The notes under the pieces: generated by a model | What the model saw: only the letters and a program-made list of their open reading frames with translations | What the model was told of the DNA's origin: nothing | Databases searched by the model: none | DNA from: Emiliania huxleyi CCMP1516 | Lineage: Eukaryota | Length of the DNA stretch: 64,000 nt | Assembly: GCF_000372725.1 (NCBI RefSeq) | Contig: NW_005201327.1 | Span: 190,815-254,814 of the forward strand | Reading direction: 5' to 3' | Made by a program: the position numbers and the translations under genes | Shown: in pieces, positions 37,279-49,806 of the stretch | Layout: each line of letters opens with the position of its first letter | Numbering within the stretch: position 1 is the first letter of the stretch

Positions 37279-39117
37279 GATTCAAGGTCCGTCGGCCTCT
37301 TTTGACCGCGGCGTTAGAGAGAGTCTTTGCTTGTCATGCCTTTTGAGAGAGAGAGAGAGAGAATTCTTGATACGAAACCACGACGACACACACCAGTCGA
37401 CTCGCATCGGTTGCCTCCATGAACGGCGGAGCTATTCTCGCGCCCACACCACACCTGGCTCCAACGTGGACACGCCCATAGCTGGGGACACTACTAGGTC
37501 ACGCATGGCATCACAGAAGTTTTATCTCTGGGCCCCGAAAGGCATCTCTAGCAGTGTCGTTACGCATGCCCCCTCCCATCCTGGGCGCATGCGCCTCACG
37601 TCTCGCCAGAGCATAAGCCCTTGGCGTGTGGCGAGACGAGTTTTTCGCCATGCAGCGAGCAGCAAGCCGCCCGCCACAAACAGCCGGAGGCATCGCCACG
37701 GCACTGGCTGCGCCGCGCTCCCGCACCCGTCGACGAAGCTCCCCCCGCGGAAGACCGCGCGTAGCGACGCCTTGACGATCGAGATGAGCGCGCTCGAGGC
37801 TCGCCCACCTACTGCCCCTGAGAGTTGGTTACTGAGTGGGATCAGCTCCCCCCCTTGGGATCGAAGCCGCCACAACCTCACACCCAACATCTCAGGCGGG
37901 ATCAGAAGGGGACTCCACACCGGACACCGCCCGGGCACAGCCCCCCTACCCGTCGGATCGCACAGGGCCCCCTAGGAGCAGCCCACACACAATCTCGCAT
38001 CGGCAGATTGCGCCTGAGTCAGGCAGACAGCAGACAAGGAGAGGAGAGAGGAGAGAGAGAGAGAGAGGAGAGAGGAGAGGGTGAGGGTGTGTGCACACGT
38101 GAGGAGAGGGAGGGTGTCTGTGGTGGGCTATAGTCATACTACGTGGTTAGAACCACGCGCCCCTCAGGAGCTTAAGGTAGAGCTGAGCGTCCAAGACGCC
38201 TCGGTGCCACCCACCGGCGTGAAGACCATCCGGATCTATCGGGTTCGCCCTCCGGACGGACCCGTCCCCGCGATGGCCCACGGTCCTCCGTCGCCTGGTT
38301 GACCCCCTGCCTCCCGGTTGAACCCCCAGTCCTCGTAGTCCATCATGAAATAAACTCAAAGATCCACCACAGCCACCACCCTCCGCCTCCACCGTCGAGC
38401 CGCGATCGCTGCCGCCCGCGACGCCGCCCGCCGCGTCAGATTGCCGCGACACGCGCCTCGAGTCCAGTCGGAGAGCCGCGCCGCATCAGCAGCAGCATCA
38501 GCACCAGCACCACCAGCACCACCAGCACCACCAGCACCAGAGAGAGGCGCAACCTGCCCGACGCCACCCGCCGTGTCAGCTGCTCCCAACGCGCGTCTCG
38601 AGCCGAGTCGCAGAGCCGCGCCGCGCCAGCAGCAGCATATGCACCAGCTTCAGCAACATCACCACCACCAGCAGCACCAGAGAGACAGTGCAGTGTGACA
38701 GCAGCGCACAAGCGCTCGCAGAGCGGCGCGCAGCGCCGCGCACGCCACGCCGCGGGCGGTCCGACGAGCGCAGCGTACGTCGGCCGCGAGCCGCGTCACC
38801 AGCCGTCTCGCGAGAGAGCGGCGCCGCCGCGTGCGCGCAGCAGCCGCCGCGGCAGAGGCGAGCCGCGGCGACGTCCGCACTAACGGATAACTGCCATTGG
38901 CGGTTTTAACTCTCTCTCTCTCTCTCTCTCATGCCTTTTGCCTTCTCAGTGGCTTCTCGAGGTTCTCGAGCTCTGGCGCTCCCGCTCCTGGCCGGTGTGA
39001 TTACACCGACACGTATGTCTCTGTAGAGGAAAAGAAACTCGCGTCTCTCTTGCGTCACTTTGTGCCCGCCGCCTTAAATTTCTTTTTGCCGAGCCTGCTT
39101 GGGCACTTAGACTAGTG

Positions 39118-41476
39118 ATGGCGCCCAAGCGGCAGCGCAGCGCAGCACCAGCTGCAGCGCCTGTCCACACCGGCCGTGTCGTACTCGATGTCGGCGGCAC
39201 TCGCTTCGTTTCATCGCGCTCGACGCTCGAGGGTGCCTCCTCCTACTTTCGCTCACTCCTCGTGCGGTGGAGCCCGGTGCGCCAACACAGACGCCGCAAG
39301 CTGCCTGGCGTGCACTCTGAGACCGCTCTGCCATCCCTCCTTATCACCGTGCGGCACGCGAGGATTGCCGTGCCGCCGCTCCACGTCCGCACGCGTCTCT
39401 CCTGCAGGCGACGCCGGACGATCCGATCTTCCTCGACTGCGACGCCGACGCGTTTGGCGTGCTGCTCTCGCACATGCGCGTGCCGTCATGCGTGCTGCTG
39501 CCGCCCGGCGACGTCGGCCTCGCCACCCGCGTGTTGCTGCTCGCTGAGTACCTCGGCCTCGACGGATTTCTCACGGCGATCAAGGCGAGGGCCTACTCGC
39601 ACATGCACAGCAGCTGCAGCACCGCCACCGACGCCGCAGCGGCCACAGCCTTCGACGAGGAGGCGGGAGGCCTGCAGCAGGCCATCGATAAGCGGCTGCT
39701 GCCGGCTCGCTTCTTCGCGCCGGAGCCGCCGCCGCCGCCGCCACCGCCAGAGGCCACCGAGCCGCAGCAGCTCCTCGCCGCGCCGGGCGCTTTTCTTTTT
39801 TTGACGGCGGGCGGCATGTCGTTGTTAGGCGACCGTTCAGACGCTCATCCCGGCGGCAGGCTTCACCGCAATCTTCGCAGACGACGAGATCGACCTCGAC
39901 GACGATCTCCCGCAGGATCTCCCGACACCTCCCCACACCTCCCCATCTCTCGCCATATCTCGCCAGATCTCCCCAGATCTCCCCAGATCTCCGGCCGCAG
40001 GTGCACTCGGTGCACCGCGTGGTCTCGCTCGCTCTGGTGCAGCTGGCCGACGGCAGCCGCGAGGTGGACGCGCTGATCCAGCCAAACAACAACGAGCTTG
40101 AGCCGCGCGGAGGAGAGCGCACGAGGTCGCAGATGGTGCTGGCCTCTGAGCACGCGCGCGACATCCCGTGGGTGCACTGGGTGCTGCGCCCCCACCCTAC
40201 GGCCACAGGACCGAACCCACGCTGGGTTCGAGACCCTGGAGTGTATGGTACTAGGTGCTCAGCCCCACCCTACGGCCACAGGACCGAACCCACGCTGGGT
40301 TCGAGACCCTGGAGTGTATGGTACCAGGTGCTCAGCCCGGCGCGGCTGCCCTCCCTCCTCTCGATTGCGCCCGGTACCGTCCGTGGCCGCTGGGTCACTC
40401 CCTCCCTACGAGCGGGCCGAGCTGTGAACGGCGTCTCTTCACGGCTGCAGCTGTGAACAGGTGAAGCCGGGTCACTCCCTCCCTTCCAGCGGGCCGAGCT
40501 GTGAACGGCGTCTCTTCACGGCTGCAGGTGTGAACAGGTGAAGCCCGCGTTCGAGCAGGCCGACTTGGGCAGGGCGATCGAGATCGCACACGGCGCGGTG
40601 ACGGTGGGCGGCGTGCGGCGGCGCGTGGACTGGGAGGGGGAGGTTCCCGGCGATTTGGCCGGTACCATACACACCGTCACGAGCGAGTGCGGTGTGAACG
40701 GCGTCTCTTCACGGCTGCAGCTGTGAGCAGGCACCATACACACCGTCACGAGCGAGTGCGGTGTGAACGGCGTCTCTTCACGGCTGCAGCTGTGAGCAGG
40801 CACCATACACACCGTCACGAGCGAGTGCGGTGTGAACGGCGTCTCTTCACGGCTGCTGCTGTGAGCAGGCACCATACACACCGTCACGAGCGAGTGCCGC
40901 GGCGACGTGATCGTCCGGCGGGCCGATGACACCTACAGCTGCTTTTGCAACCCGAGCGCCGCGCCCACCGACGCCGCCGAGGCCGACATCGCCTTTGCCG
41001 AGGTGATGGGCCCGACTTGTCGGGACGGAATCTCGCGCAATCTCGGGGTGATCTCGTGCAATCTCGCCAGGTGATGGACCCGACGTCGGAATCTCGCGCA
41101 ATCTCGGGGTGATCTCGTGCAATCTCGCCAGGTGATGGACCCGACGTCGGAATCTCGCGCAATCTCGGGGTGATCTCGTTCAATCTCGCCAGGTGATGGA
41201 CCCGACTTCGGGACGGAATCTCGCGCAATCTCGGGGTGATCTCGTGCAATCTCGCCAGGTGATGGACCCCACGTCGGGCGGCGACTCGCTGCGGGCGCGC
41301 TTTCTCGTGCCGGTGACGGGCGTCGGGCGTCGGGACGGAATCTCGCGCAATCTCGGGGTGATCTCGTGCAATCTCGTTAGGTGACGGGCTCGGGCGTCGG
41401 GACGGAGAAGGAGCTGACGCTGGCCGACGTGCGCAACATCGCGATGGGCGAGCGGCGCGTCTGCGGCGTCACCTAA
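39118..41476 (+). CDS. BTB/POZ (KCTD-type) domain protein, multi-exon
   Basis: VVLDVGGTRFVSSRSTL...YFRSLL, IFLDCDADAFGVLLSHMR, LLAEYLGLDG. Downstream exons inferred across repeat-filled introns to TAA at 41476. Confidence 0.7.
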
Positions 41477-42044
41477 GGCAGAGGTACGTCGACGTATTTC
41501 TTTTTCTAGGCGAGCGGCGTTTCTACGGCTTCACGGGCGTGGCACGAGCGTGACAGCCACTGCCGCCGCGGGCCGCGCACACGCGCGATGCCATTCACCT
41601 TCCCGCCTCCGCGACTTCGTCGTATGTGGACCGGAGGCTTGCCGGTGCATTTGCAGTGGCATTTGCCGAGTGAGCGCGAGCCGCATTAGTGGCCATGGGC
41701 TCAGCAGCCGCGAGCGAGCAGCGCACGAGGTAGCGCTTTTTTATGTATGTAAAGAGGGACGGCTCGATTGGTCATTCTCATTGGACGGAGCGGGTGGACG
41801 CGACCACAAGGGGGGGGACCTCCGCGGGGCTCCGGCAGCCTCCGGGGCGACGCCGACGCGGCTGCTTTTGGGTTGTAAATAAATAAATAAAATGCGAAAC
41901 GGACACCACTACTGTGAGATTCGAGTGAGATGGTGTAAATCTAAAAAGGAACAGGTCCCCGCCCGTGAAGTAAAAACGGCGGTTTGATTGGGATTTTGCA
42001 CATCCGCAGCTGCATCCAATGGCGCTTGGCGGATGGCTGAGCCC

Positions 42045-42170
42045 TGGCTGTCAGGCTGTCAGGTGCTGTCAGGTGATCTGTCGGGCTGTCGGGCAGCTGT
42101 CAGGCACTGTCAGGTGCCTCTGTCAGACCAGCTGTCGGGTGCTGTCAGTGCTGTCGGGTGCTGTCGGGTG
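42045..42170. repeat. CTGTCAGG/CTGTCGGG short tandem repeat (related tract inverted at ~34090-34145)
   Basis: Seen directly. Confidence 0.7.
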
Positions 42171-42229
42171 CGTGTCTGGGTGTGTGAATCGGACGGCGAG
42201 GGGGGCGGAGGGGCGTGAGTGAGTGAGTG

Positions 42230-42343
<114 letters not shown>

Positions 42344-43517
42344 GCGGAGGGGCTCCCCGGGCCCCGGGGGGGGGGGGGCGTGTCACATCGACACCGAAAC
42401 ACAAGATTGCAGCCTTCGATTGGGCAGGTGTGCCGCCTTTCCCCTCGCCTCGCCGCCTCGCCCAGCGCGACGCGGCGCGAGGTGAGTGCTGGTCGCGCGC
42501 AAAGCGCTGCCGCTTCGCCCACAACCAAAGACTGCAGCGAGCCCGCGTCTGCCCGCCGTGCTGCGACCGCCGCGAGAGCGGCTCGTTCCGAGGCTCGAGC
42601 GACGCGAATCTGGAACAGTCGTATCGCGGGTGGAGCGCTGCCGCGCGCGCGGCCGGGTCGCCTCCATGCCTACTTCGCTCCCGCCCAAAAGGAGCCCGCA
42701 CCCTGCTCATCCCGTTTTATGCTGCGGACGCTCGCCCGCCGCCGCCTGCGCCCTCGCAGATCCAAACCAACGTGAGCGAGGCGGGCGTGCCGCGGTGGAT
42801 CCTTGGTGCTGAGCCTCAAGCTGCGTGAGCTGCGAGTAGGTGCGGCCCTCCTGAGCCTGCGACTAGCGAGCGAGATGCCCGGGATTACCCGAGATCGCTT
42901 CGAGACGGTATGGCACTTGCGCACTCTAGCACTCACCTGATCCTCCGTATCTCATCAGCCGAGATTGCCCGAGATTGCACCTTCAATTTCGTTGATTTAA
43001 TGCCGAGTCCCCAGATTCGTCCAACAGGTCTAGTCTTCGTGCAGATGATAGCAGCGCGGATCGTGATAGAGATGGACGACGGCATTGGCGATGATAGATT
43101 TGCGACGGTGGTGCCGGAAGTTCCAGTTCCAGAAGCAGTTCCAGCGATTCCAGACGACATTCTTCGCTTGATAATGCAATTCAAGCATGCGAACTTCAAA
43201 AAGAGGTTCGCTGCGGAACATTGGCCCCGAAGGATGCAAATGTTGGCAAGGAAAGAAGCGGAAAGGAGAAAACATGAGGAGAAGAAGGCCATTTGCCAGA
43301 TGAAGTGCGCTTGTGTCTGGTTCATTGTCGCCTGTGGTGTCGTTCTCGCACTGTTCCTCTGTGGGTGTTAGAGTTGTTTGGGCTAAAAATCTCTTTACTC
43401 GAGAATATTCCTCATCGTACATCTCGATCGACACCTAAACACCTTCCCTCACCTTTCAGTCCTTTTCGACTCACGACTGACTGAAACTGAGTCTCTTTGC
43501 ATCAAATTTCTTTGCAC

Positions 43518-43606
43518 GACACTGGTGTACCTGTGTTAGTGCCAGTGCGCGCCAGTCCCGTGCCCAGTGTCGTGCGAGGGAGTTTTGTTGTAAAATTGTA
43601 AATTCT
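43518..43606 (+). mobile_element. Short 3'-end insert of CRE-like family 1 with ~8-bp TSD
   Basis: CTTTGCAC at 43510-43517 and 43607-43614. Body near-identical to 14764-14837 (rc). Confidence 0.75.
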
Positions 43607-44262
43607 CTTTGCACCGTCCGACTTCGTCGCTGTCAGTCTTTTCTCGACTGTCGTGTGCGAAGAAACAGTCTGGCCACACTTAGTAAAACTTTGGGGTCCC
43701 GAGACCGGGACCCACCCGGGACCGCCGCGCAGCAGCGCAGCGCGCGCAGCGCGCGGTTGGGTTGTTGCACGAGTATATGGGCCACGATGTCTCGCTCGAG
43801 GTTCTCGAGGTGGATATCCTTTGGCCGCGTTGGGTAGCGAGGATTGGTGTATAAACCCGAGCCACGGAGGCGTGTTTTCTGGCGGCCGACCGTCAGTGCA
43901 CGGAGTTGCCACTTCTCCGACTGCCCCGGCTAGTTCCCGAGGTCGTCGGGTGTGACCCCTTCGTCCCCCGAGACCTAGCGCGGGTGGGTTGGAGGGGGCG
44001 CGCCCCGTTCCTCTCAAATATGAGGGGTTTTGACTCCTACCGGCTCCTGACGCTATCCCTGGCAGCTGTAATGACCAGGATCAGTAGTGTTGTGATAGAG
44101 TCTCGCCCATACTAGCGCAGGAGCTGCCACGCTCGCGCCCGGACCGTCCCCTTCTGGGGCCGGTTCCGCAGCCCGCGAGAGCCGACAGCGGGATGGTAGA
44201 GGACTGGGGGATAGTCGAGAATAACGCGCCCGGACAGCCCACCGGACCCATCGGGTGCTGGA

Positions 44263-44770
44263 ATTGATTGATTGCTTGCTTGCTTGATTGATTGATGGGA
44301 AGGCGAAACACAGTCCGACCAACGACTGGGACACCAACGCGGTATGGGTGGACGCTAGACGGGCGATGACGGTCACACAGGAGCGACACACAGAACCACA
44401 AGACAAGACACTCAGCCGAACTGACTGCCACACATCCTGAGCGAACTTCCCTAGTCACCCGCGGCCGGACTCCATCCGGCACGCGTCGCTGGGCGCTCAG
44501 AGCTGCGTCCCCTGCTCGCCACCCCGACGCCCAAGGCGCCCGAGCGAACGACAGGCGGCACGCGAAGACGGGTTGCAATCCCGCCGACCGCCAGGCCGCG
44601 GGATGATGAGTGCGTGGTCTTGTAGTGGGTCTCGGAAGCTCTCCTCTCGGGCTAGGAGCCAGCCCCTCTCCCTTGCCCTCGGAACACTGTGTCCGAGTCG
44701 AGGCGTGTGCTTGCCGGTCGACGGCCGCGCGCGGTTGGCATTGTGACGAGGGTTGCGCGCGGCCGCGGCG
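44263..44770 (-). mobile_element. (TCAA)n-tailed retroelement 3' region (LINE UTR or SINE), ~500 bp
   Basis: Near-identical to 56995-57480 and 45352-45608. Ends in TCAA/GCAA tandem tail. Confidence 0.75.
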
Positions 44771-45274
44771 CGCCCGCCATGGTTCGGCGCGGCGCGCCTA
44801 CCAGCGGCAATTGTCGAGGCACGGGAACGCTTACCCGGGGTCATCCTCTGAGCCTGGTCGTCGGCGCCGCGATGCCACGGCGGCGCATTCGACGTCGTCG
44901 GCGCGCTGCCCCGCGGTGAGCCCCGCCGCACGTGGCGACGGCCGCAGGTTGGCCCGGTGCAGCGCGCCCTGGCCGCAGACTGAAGAACGGCCACGAGGGG
45001 TGTGTGATGTGCGGTGCGGGGTGTGAGGGGGCAGCGTCTTTGTGTGTGCGCGCGCGCGCCGCTGCCGGGAAAGAGCGGGGCCCTCGGGGTACGCCTCGCC
45101 CGGCCCCCTCCGAGGGGGTCGTGATCTGAACTGGAGAGGGGGGGGGGGTCGGCCTTGAGAGCGTACGGGTGCTCTCACCGCGCCAGAGGCTCTGCCTCCC
45201 CTCTCGGGGATTAAACTGAGGGATAGGGGCGGGGATCCTCCCTCTTCCCGCCATCGATGCCGGGGCTCAACCAC

Positions 45275-45608
45275 ACACCGATTCATTATCTTTTGTCCGT
45301 CCCGCCGCCCGCCGCGCGGCCAGACTCCACATCACCTCAATGTAAACGAACATTGATGGGAAGGCGAAACACAGTCCGACCAACGACTGGGACACCAACG
45401 CGGTATGGGTGGACGCTAGACGGGCGATGACGGTCACACAGGAGCGACACACAGAACCACAAGACAAGACACTCAGCCGAACTGACTGCCACACATCCTG
45501 AGCGAACTTCCCTAGTCACCCGCGGCCGGACTCCATCCGGCACGCGTCGCTGGGCGCTCAGAGCTGCGTCCCCTGCTCGCCACCCCGACGCCCAAGGCGC
45601 CCGAGCGA
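45275..45608 (-). mobile_element. (TCAA)-family copy plus shared 3' flank
   Basis: Matches 56917-57255, including ~80 bp beyond the tail position. Confidence 0.7.
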
Positions 45609-45624
45609 ATCGCGCAAGCGTACT

Positions 45625-46032
45625 GTGGGTGGATTGAGAAGTACGGCTGGTGGATCCGCCCAAATCGTACCGTGGGTGGATTGTACGTGGGTGGATTGTA
45701 CTGCCGGTGGATTGAGAGTTCCGCTGGGTGGATTGAGGCGATGTCCGCTGGGTGGATTGAGATTTGTTCGTCCGGTGGATTGTACGTGGGTGGATTGAGA
45801 ACGTACGGCTGGTGGATCCGCCCAAATCGTACCGTGGGTGGATTGTACGTGGGTGGATTGTACTGCCGGTGGATTGAGAGTTCCGCTGGGTGGATCGAGG
45901 CGATGTCCGCTCGGCGGATTGAGAAGTGTTGGGCCAGTGGATTGAGGAGTGTTGGGCCAGTGGATTGAGGAGTGTTGGGCCAGTGGATTGAGGAGTGTTC
46001 GGCCGGTGGATTGAGGAGTGTTGCGCCAGTGA
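45625..46032. repeat. GGTGGATTG-based compound minisatellite (two ~160-bp units and ~24-bp units)
   Basis: Many GGTGGATTG/GTGGATTGAG motifs with higher-order duplication. Confidence 0.8.
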
Positions 46033-46072
46033 AATCCTACCACACCCATCGAGGCCACCAACCCTGCCGGGA

Positions 46073-47194
46073 ATGCTCGTCTCGTCCCTGCTCGCCGAGG
46101 CGCTGCTGGCCCGCCCGGTATGGCCCGCGCCGGCTGGCACCCGCACCGCCCGCGCCGGATGCGCGCCGACCGCGCGCCTCTTCTCCGAGGAGTGGATGGG
46201 TCGGCTCGGCACCGCGACTGCCTCCAAGGCGAAGCGCGCAGAGCGGCTGCCGGCGTCGGCACTGGCGCCCGGCTGCGTGCTGGTGGCGGAGCCGGGCTCG
46301 TTCGACCACTACTTTCTCGAGTCGCTCGTCCTCCTCCTCGAGCACGGCCCCGCCGGCAGCCGCGGCGTGCTGCTCAACCACGAGACTCCGTGGCAGGTCA
46401 GCCACGATGGATAGGAGGCGACCGAGACACGACCCGGGCGCGGTTTGGAAAGGCCGCTCAGCGATGGGCAGAGCGGCCACGCGCTGGAGCGACACACGCG
46501 ACACACAGACGCACAGACAAGACCACCTCTTCCAGCAGCGCTGCCAAGAAAGCGTCGCGGACGCAGCGCTCGATTTGCAGAGGTCTCTCTGTCTTCGGCC
46601 CGTCCTGAAACCGTGCTCCTCCTGTGGCAGGTGGACGAGATGGGGCCCGCGGCAGCCCTCGGCCCGTTCGCCGCCAACCCGCTCTTCCTGGGCGGCGACG
46701 CGGGCGCGGACACGATGGTGGTGGTGGTGGTGGTGCAATAAAGGCGCCTCTGCCGACCCAGGAACCTCTGAGGCCTAGGCGCAGACACGATGGTGATGGT
46801 GCATGGCGAGGCGCACCTTCCGGGCGCCCGCGAGGTCGGGCGAGGTGTCCATGTCGGCGGCGTGGCGGCGGCGGTGCGGGCATGGTGGGGGCGGGCCCAC
46901 CCCCTCTCAGGTTGAGTGGTCTTGTGATCTGCTCTCTGCCTGATTCAACCGGCCAGGTGCGCGCGGTGGAGGAGGGCGCGCTGCCCACGTCGCGGTTCAA
47001 GTTCTTCTACAAGAGCGTCGAGTTTCTGCCCGGGGCCCTCGACGCGCAGGTGGCGGACGACCTCTTCTCCCTGGCTGCTCTGTCGCCCGCCTGGTTGTAC
47101 GGCCAGGCAGGGCAGCGGTCGATGTGGGCAGAGGTGTGGCCGGACACAGACACAGACACACACACACAGACACACACACACACACACACACACA

Positions 47195-47262
<68 letters not shown>

Positions 47263-48004
47263 GCTCACCCACGCGCACTGGGCCTTGCACTTTGGATGCC
47301 GTGGGGCGCTCCTGCCTGTCTAGACGTGGAGTCGCGAGGGTCGCCCGGGCCCTAGCCCCACCACCTCGTGTGTGTGGAGAAGCTTCCCTTCCTTCCCTTC
47401 CCTTCCCTTCCCTTAGGTGAGGCAGGCAATCTCCGAGAGCTCGGGGCCGGGCAGCGGCGGCGGCGGAAGCGGGGGGGAGTGGGCAGGGGGCGGGGGCATG
47501 CCCGCCGAACAGGCGCGCTGCTGCTGTTACGTCTTCGGTCCCCCGCGGGAAGCCCCGCGCATAGGACAACAACGTCTGTCCCACACACGCACAGGCGCGC
47601 ACATACGTCATGCTCGGGCACCCCCCACAGTGTAGTGGTGTGAGCACACAAGTACTAGCAGAGTGCGAGCAGGCGCGCGCGCGGGCAAAGCACGACGACG
47701 AGCTCAAGGCGTACGTGGCGACGCTGCAGGCGGAGGCGGCGGCGGAGGAGGCGGCAGCGGCCGCCAAGGCGGCGGCGGAGGCGGCGTTTGCGGCGGAGGC
47801 GGCGCCGCCGAGTGCCGCGGCGGCGGAGGTGGCGGCGGCGGAGGTGGTGCCGGCGGAGGAGGCGACGGCGGCGGCGACGGAGGCGGCGGCAGCGGCGGGG
47901 GAGGGGGAGGCGGGGGAGGGGGAGGCTGCGGCGGCGGCGGCGACGGAGTGGCTTGCGGCGCGTGGAATCGTCGCGCCCCCCGCCAAGCAAACACGCGAGG
48001 GCGG

Positions 48005-48072
<68 letters not shown>

Positions 48073-48327
48073 CACAGGGTTCGAGCGCGTCGCAGCTGGC
48101 GGAGGTGCTTGAGTACCGGCGCTACATGGGGAACGACCAGTGGCGGGTGCGGTGGCGCGGCGACGGGGGCGAGAGCCGTGGGCGGAGGGACGCGTGCCGG
48201 CGGCGTCCTCCTTCTTGAGACTCGCATCGTTCTCCCCGCAGGCGAGAGCTGGGAGCGGTGGGCGGTCCTCGACGGCGAGGCGCTGCGGGAGCGGGCGGCG
48301 GCGCTGAGGGAAGAGCGGCGCGGGTAG
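46073..48327 (+). CDS. Plastid-targeted DUF179/AlgH (UPF0301) family protein with C-terminal chromo-like segment
   Basis: GCVLVAEP...YFLESLVLLLEHG...GVLLNH, LFLGGD, RFKFFYK, EVLEYRRYMGNDQWRVRW...ESWE. About six introns. Confidence 0.75.
47263..47416 (+). mobile_element. (CCTTA)n-tail SINE-like copy 3, forming the 3' part of intron 47134-47416
   Basis: Homologous to 14907-15050 and 15698-15833. The tail CCCTTCCCTTAG ends at the acceptor. Confidence 0.7.
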
Positions 48328-48566
48328 AGTCAGGCTCAGCGTCAAAAAGAGTGGACCGACGAGCGTGCTCGCAAGAGCCGTGCTCAGTTTTATACGTTCG
48401 GCTGTTGACTGTTGGTGTTGCAAACACACGCGCGGCTAGCCACGCTGGCTCCCCCAACGGTCGCCCTCAACCGCTCTCCTCCCGCTGAAGAGACCCTGCG
48501 CCCACGCCCCACCCCACGTGCCACGAGCCGTCGACGCGCGTCGGCGGCGATGAAAACGCGCAGATC

Positions 48567-49628
48567 TCAGACTCTCGTGTCCTCCTCGTCGCGCCGCCTC
48601 GGCTTGCCGCCAAAGCAGCCGCACGACGCCATCAGGTTGAAGGCCCACGCAACCTTGCACAGCACAAAAGACAGGATGAGGACTGACGGAGGGAGGCCGT
48701 GCTGCAGGCTCCACGCGGCGAGGAACGCGGTCAGGCCGATCAGCGACCAGTAGGTGACTGCGATCCACCGCCGCGCCGGCCCGCTGCAGAGGGTGTTCCC
48801 GCAGTACTTTCGCGGCCCAAAGAAGAAGACCATGGCCTGGATGCCTACGTGTTCAATACGCCAGCCTTAGGGGGGGAAGACGGTACTGTGCAGCGTTCTC
48901 AGAGCACCGTACAGTGAATACGGCGGACTACAGCGGACTACAGCGGAGTACGTGTCCTCTCGAGCGCTGCTTGGGATACAAGAATACGTATTCCGCTTCT
49001 AGGACAGGATGCCCGCCACTGCACCGATGGCGAAGACGACCAGGAAGGCCTCCACGCCGACCAGCGAGAGAAAGACGACGTCGAGGATCGCGCAGAGAGC
49101 GGAGACGCACACGCAGGTCATCATCCCAAACCACGGGTCGACGCCGCAGCAGCGGTCGCGCCTCGGCTCCGCCTCTGCCTCGGCCTTCCGCCCCGGCTGC
49201 CGCTGCTGCGGCTGCGGCGGCGGCTGAAGCGCTCGCGCACTCCCACTCTCCCGCGCTGCGGTGCCGCGACCGCGAGCGGCGCCCAGCTGCTGACTGCTGC
49301 GACCGAGGGCGGCGCTCCTTGCCCGGTCGAGCGCCGCCCGCGAGCCACTCGAGCTCCGGGCGCGCTCGAGCGCGGCGGCGGACCGCGCAGACGGCGCCGA
49401 CGCCATCTCCGTTGTGCGCTGCGACTGCGGTGCTGCCCACGCTGGCAGCTGCGGCTCTGGCGCCGGCTGCGGCTCGCGCGCCGGTGGCGCCGGCTGCGGC
49501 TCTGGCGCCGGCTGCGCCGGCTGCAGCTGCGCCGACGGCGAGCTGAATGGGTTCGCTGCTTGGCGGAGCGACGACCACTCGCTAGCGGCTGCTTCACCGG
49601 TGGCCGCGTTGCTGGTCTTGCGAGGCAT
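48567..49628 (-). CDS. SFT2/Got1-like multi-pass vesicle-transport membrane protein
   Basis: MPRKTSN..., four hydrophobic segments, FFFGPRKY...RRWIAVTYW. Contains a family A introner. Confidence 0.6.
48844..49003 (-). mobile_element. Introner family A copy 3 (intron 48845-49012)
   Basis: Same termini. TSD CATCCTGT/CATCCAGG. Splicing restores AVAG-IQAMVFF. Confidence 0.8.
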
Positions 49629-49806
49629 CAGAGAGAGTCTCTGAACCTGAGGCTGTCCACAAGTAGAGCACCGCTTCCCTCGCGGCAATGGGCGAAAGAA
49701 AAATATTACCCTAAAAAAGAAAGCTCGCCGGGCTCTGCCCGTTGCCGAACCAAAGCCCCGCCACCGACACCGACTCTTTCGCGGCCCCGGTCCGGCGCAT
49801 TCGCCG

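Noticed and set aside
40662..41380. CRISPR-like arrays of regularly spaced repeats
   Set aside because: The units are whole tandem repeats whose 'spacers' are identical copies of adjacent exon sequence. The context is eukaryotic and there are no cas genes.
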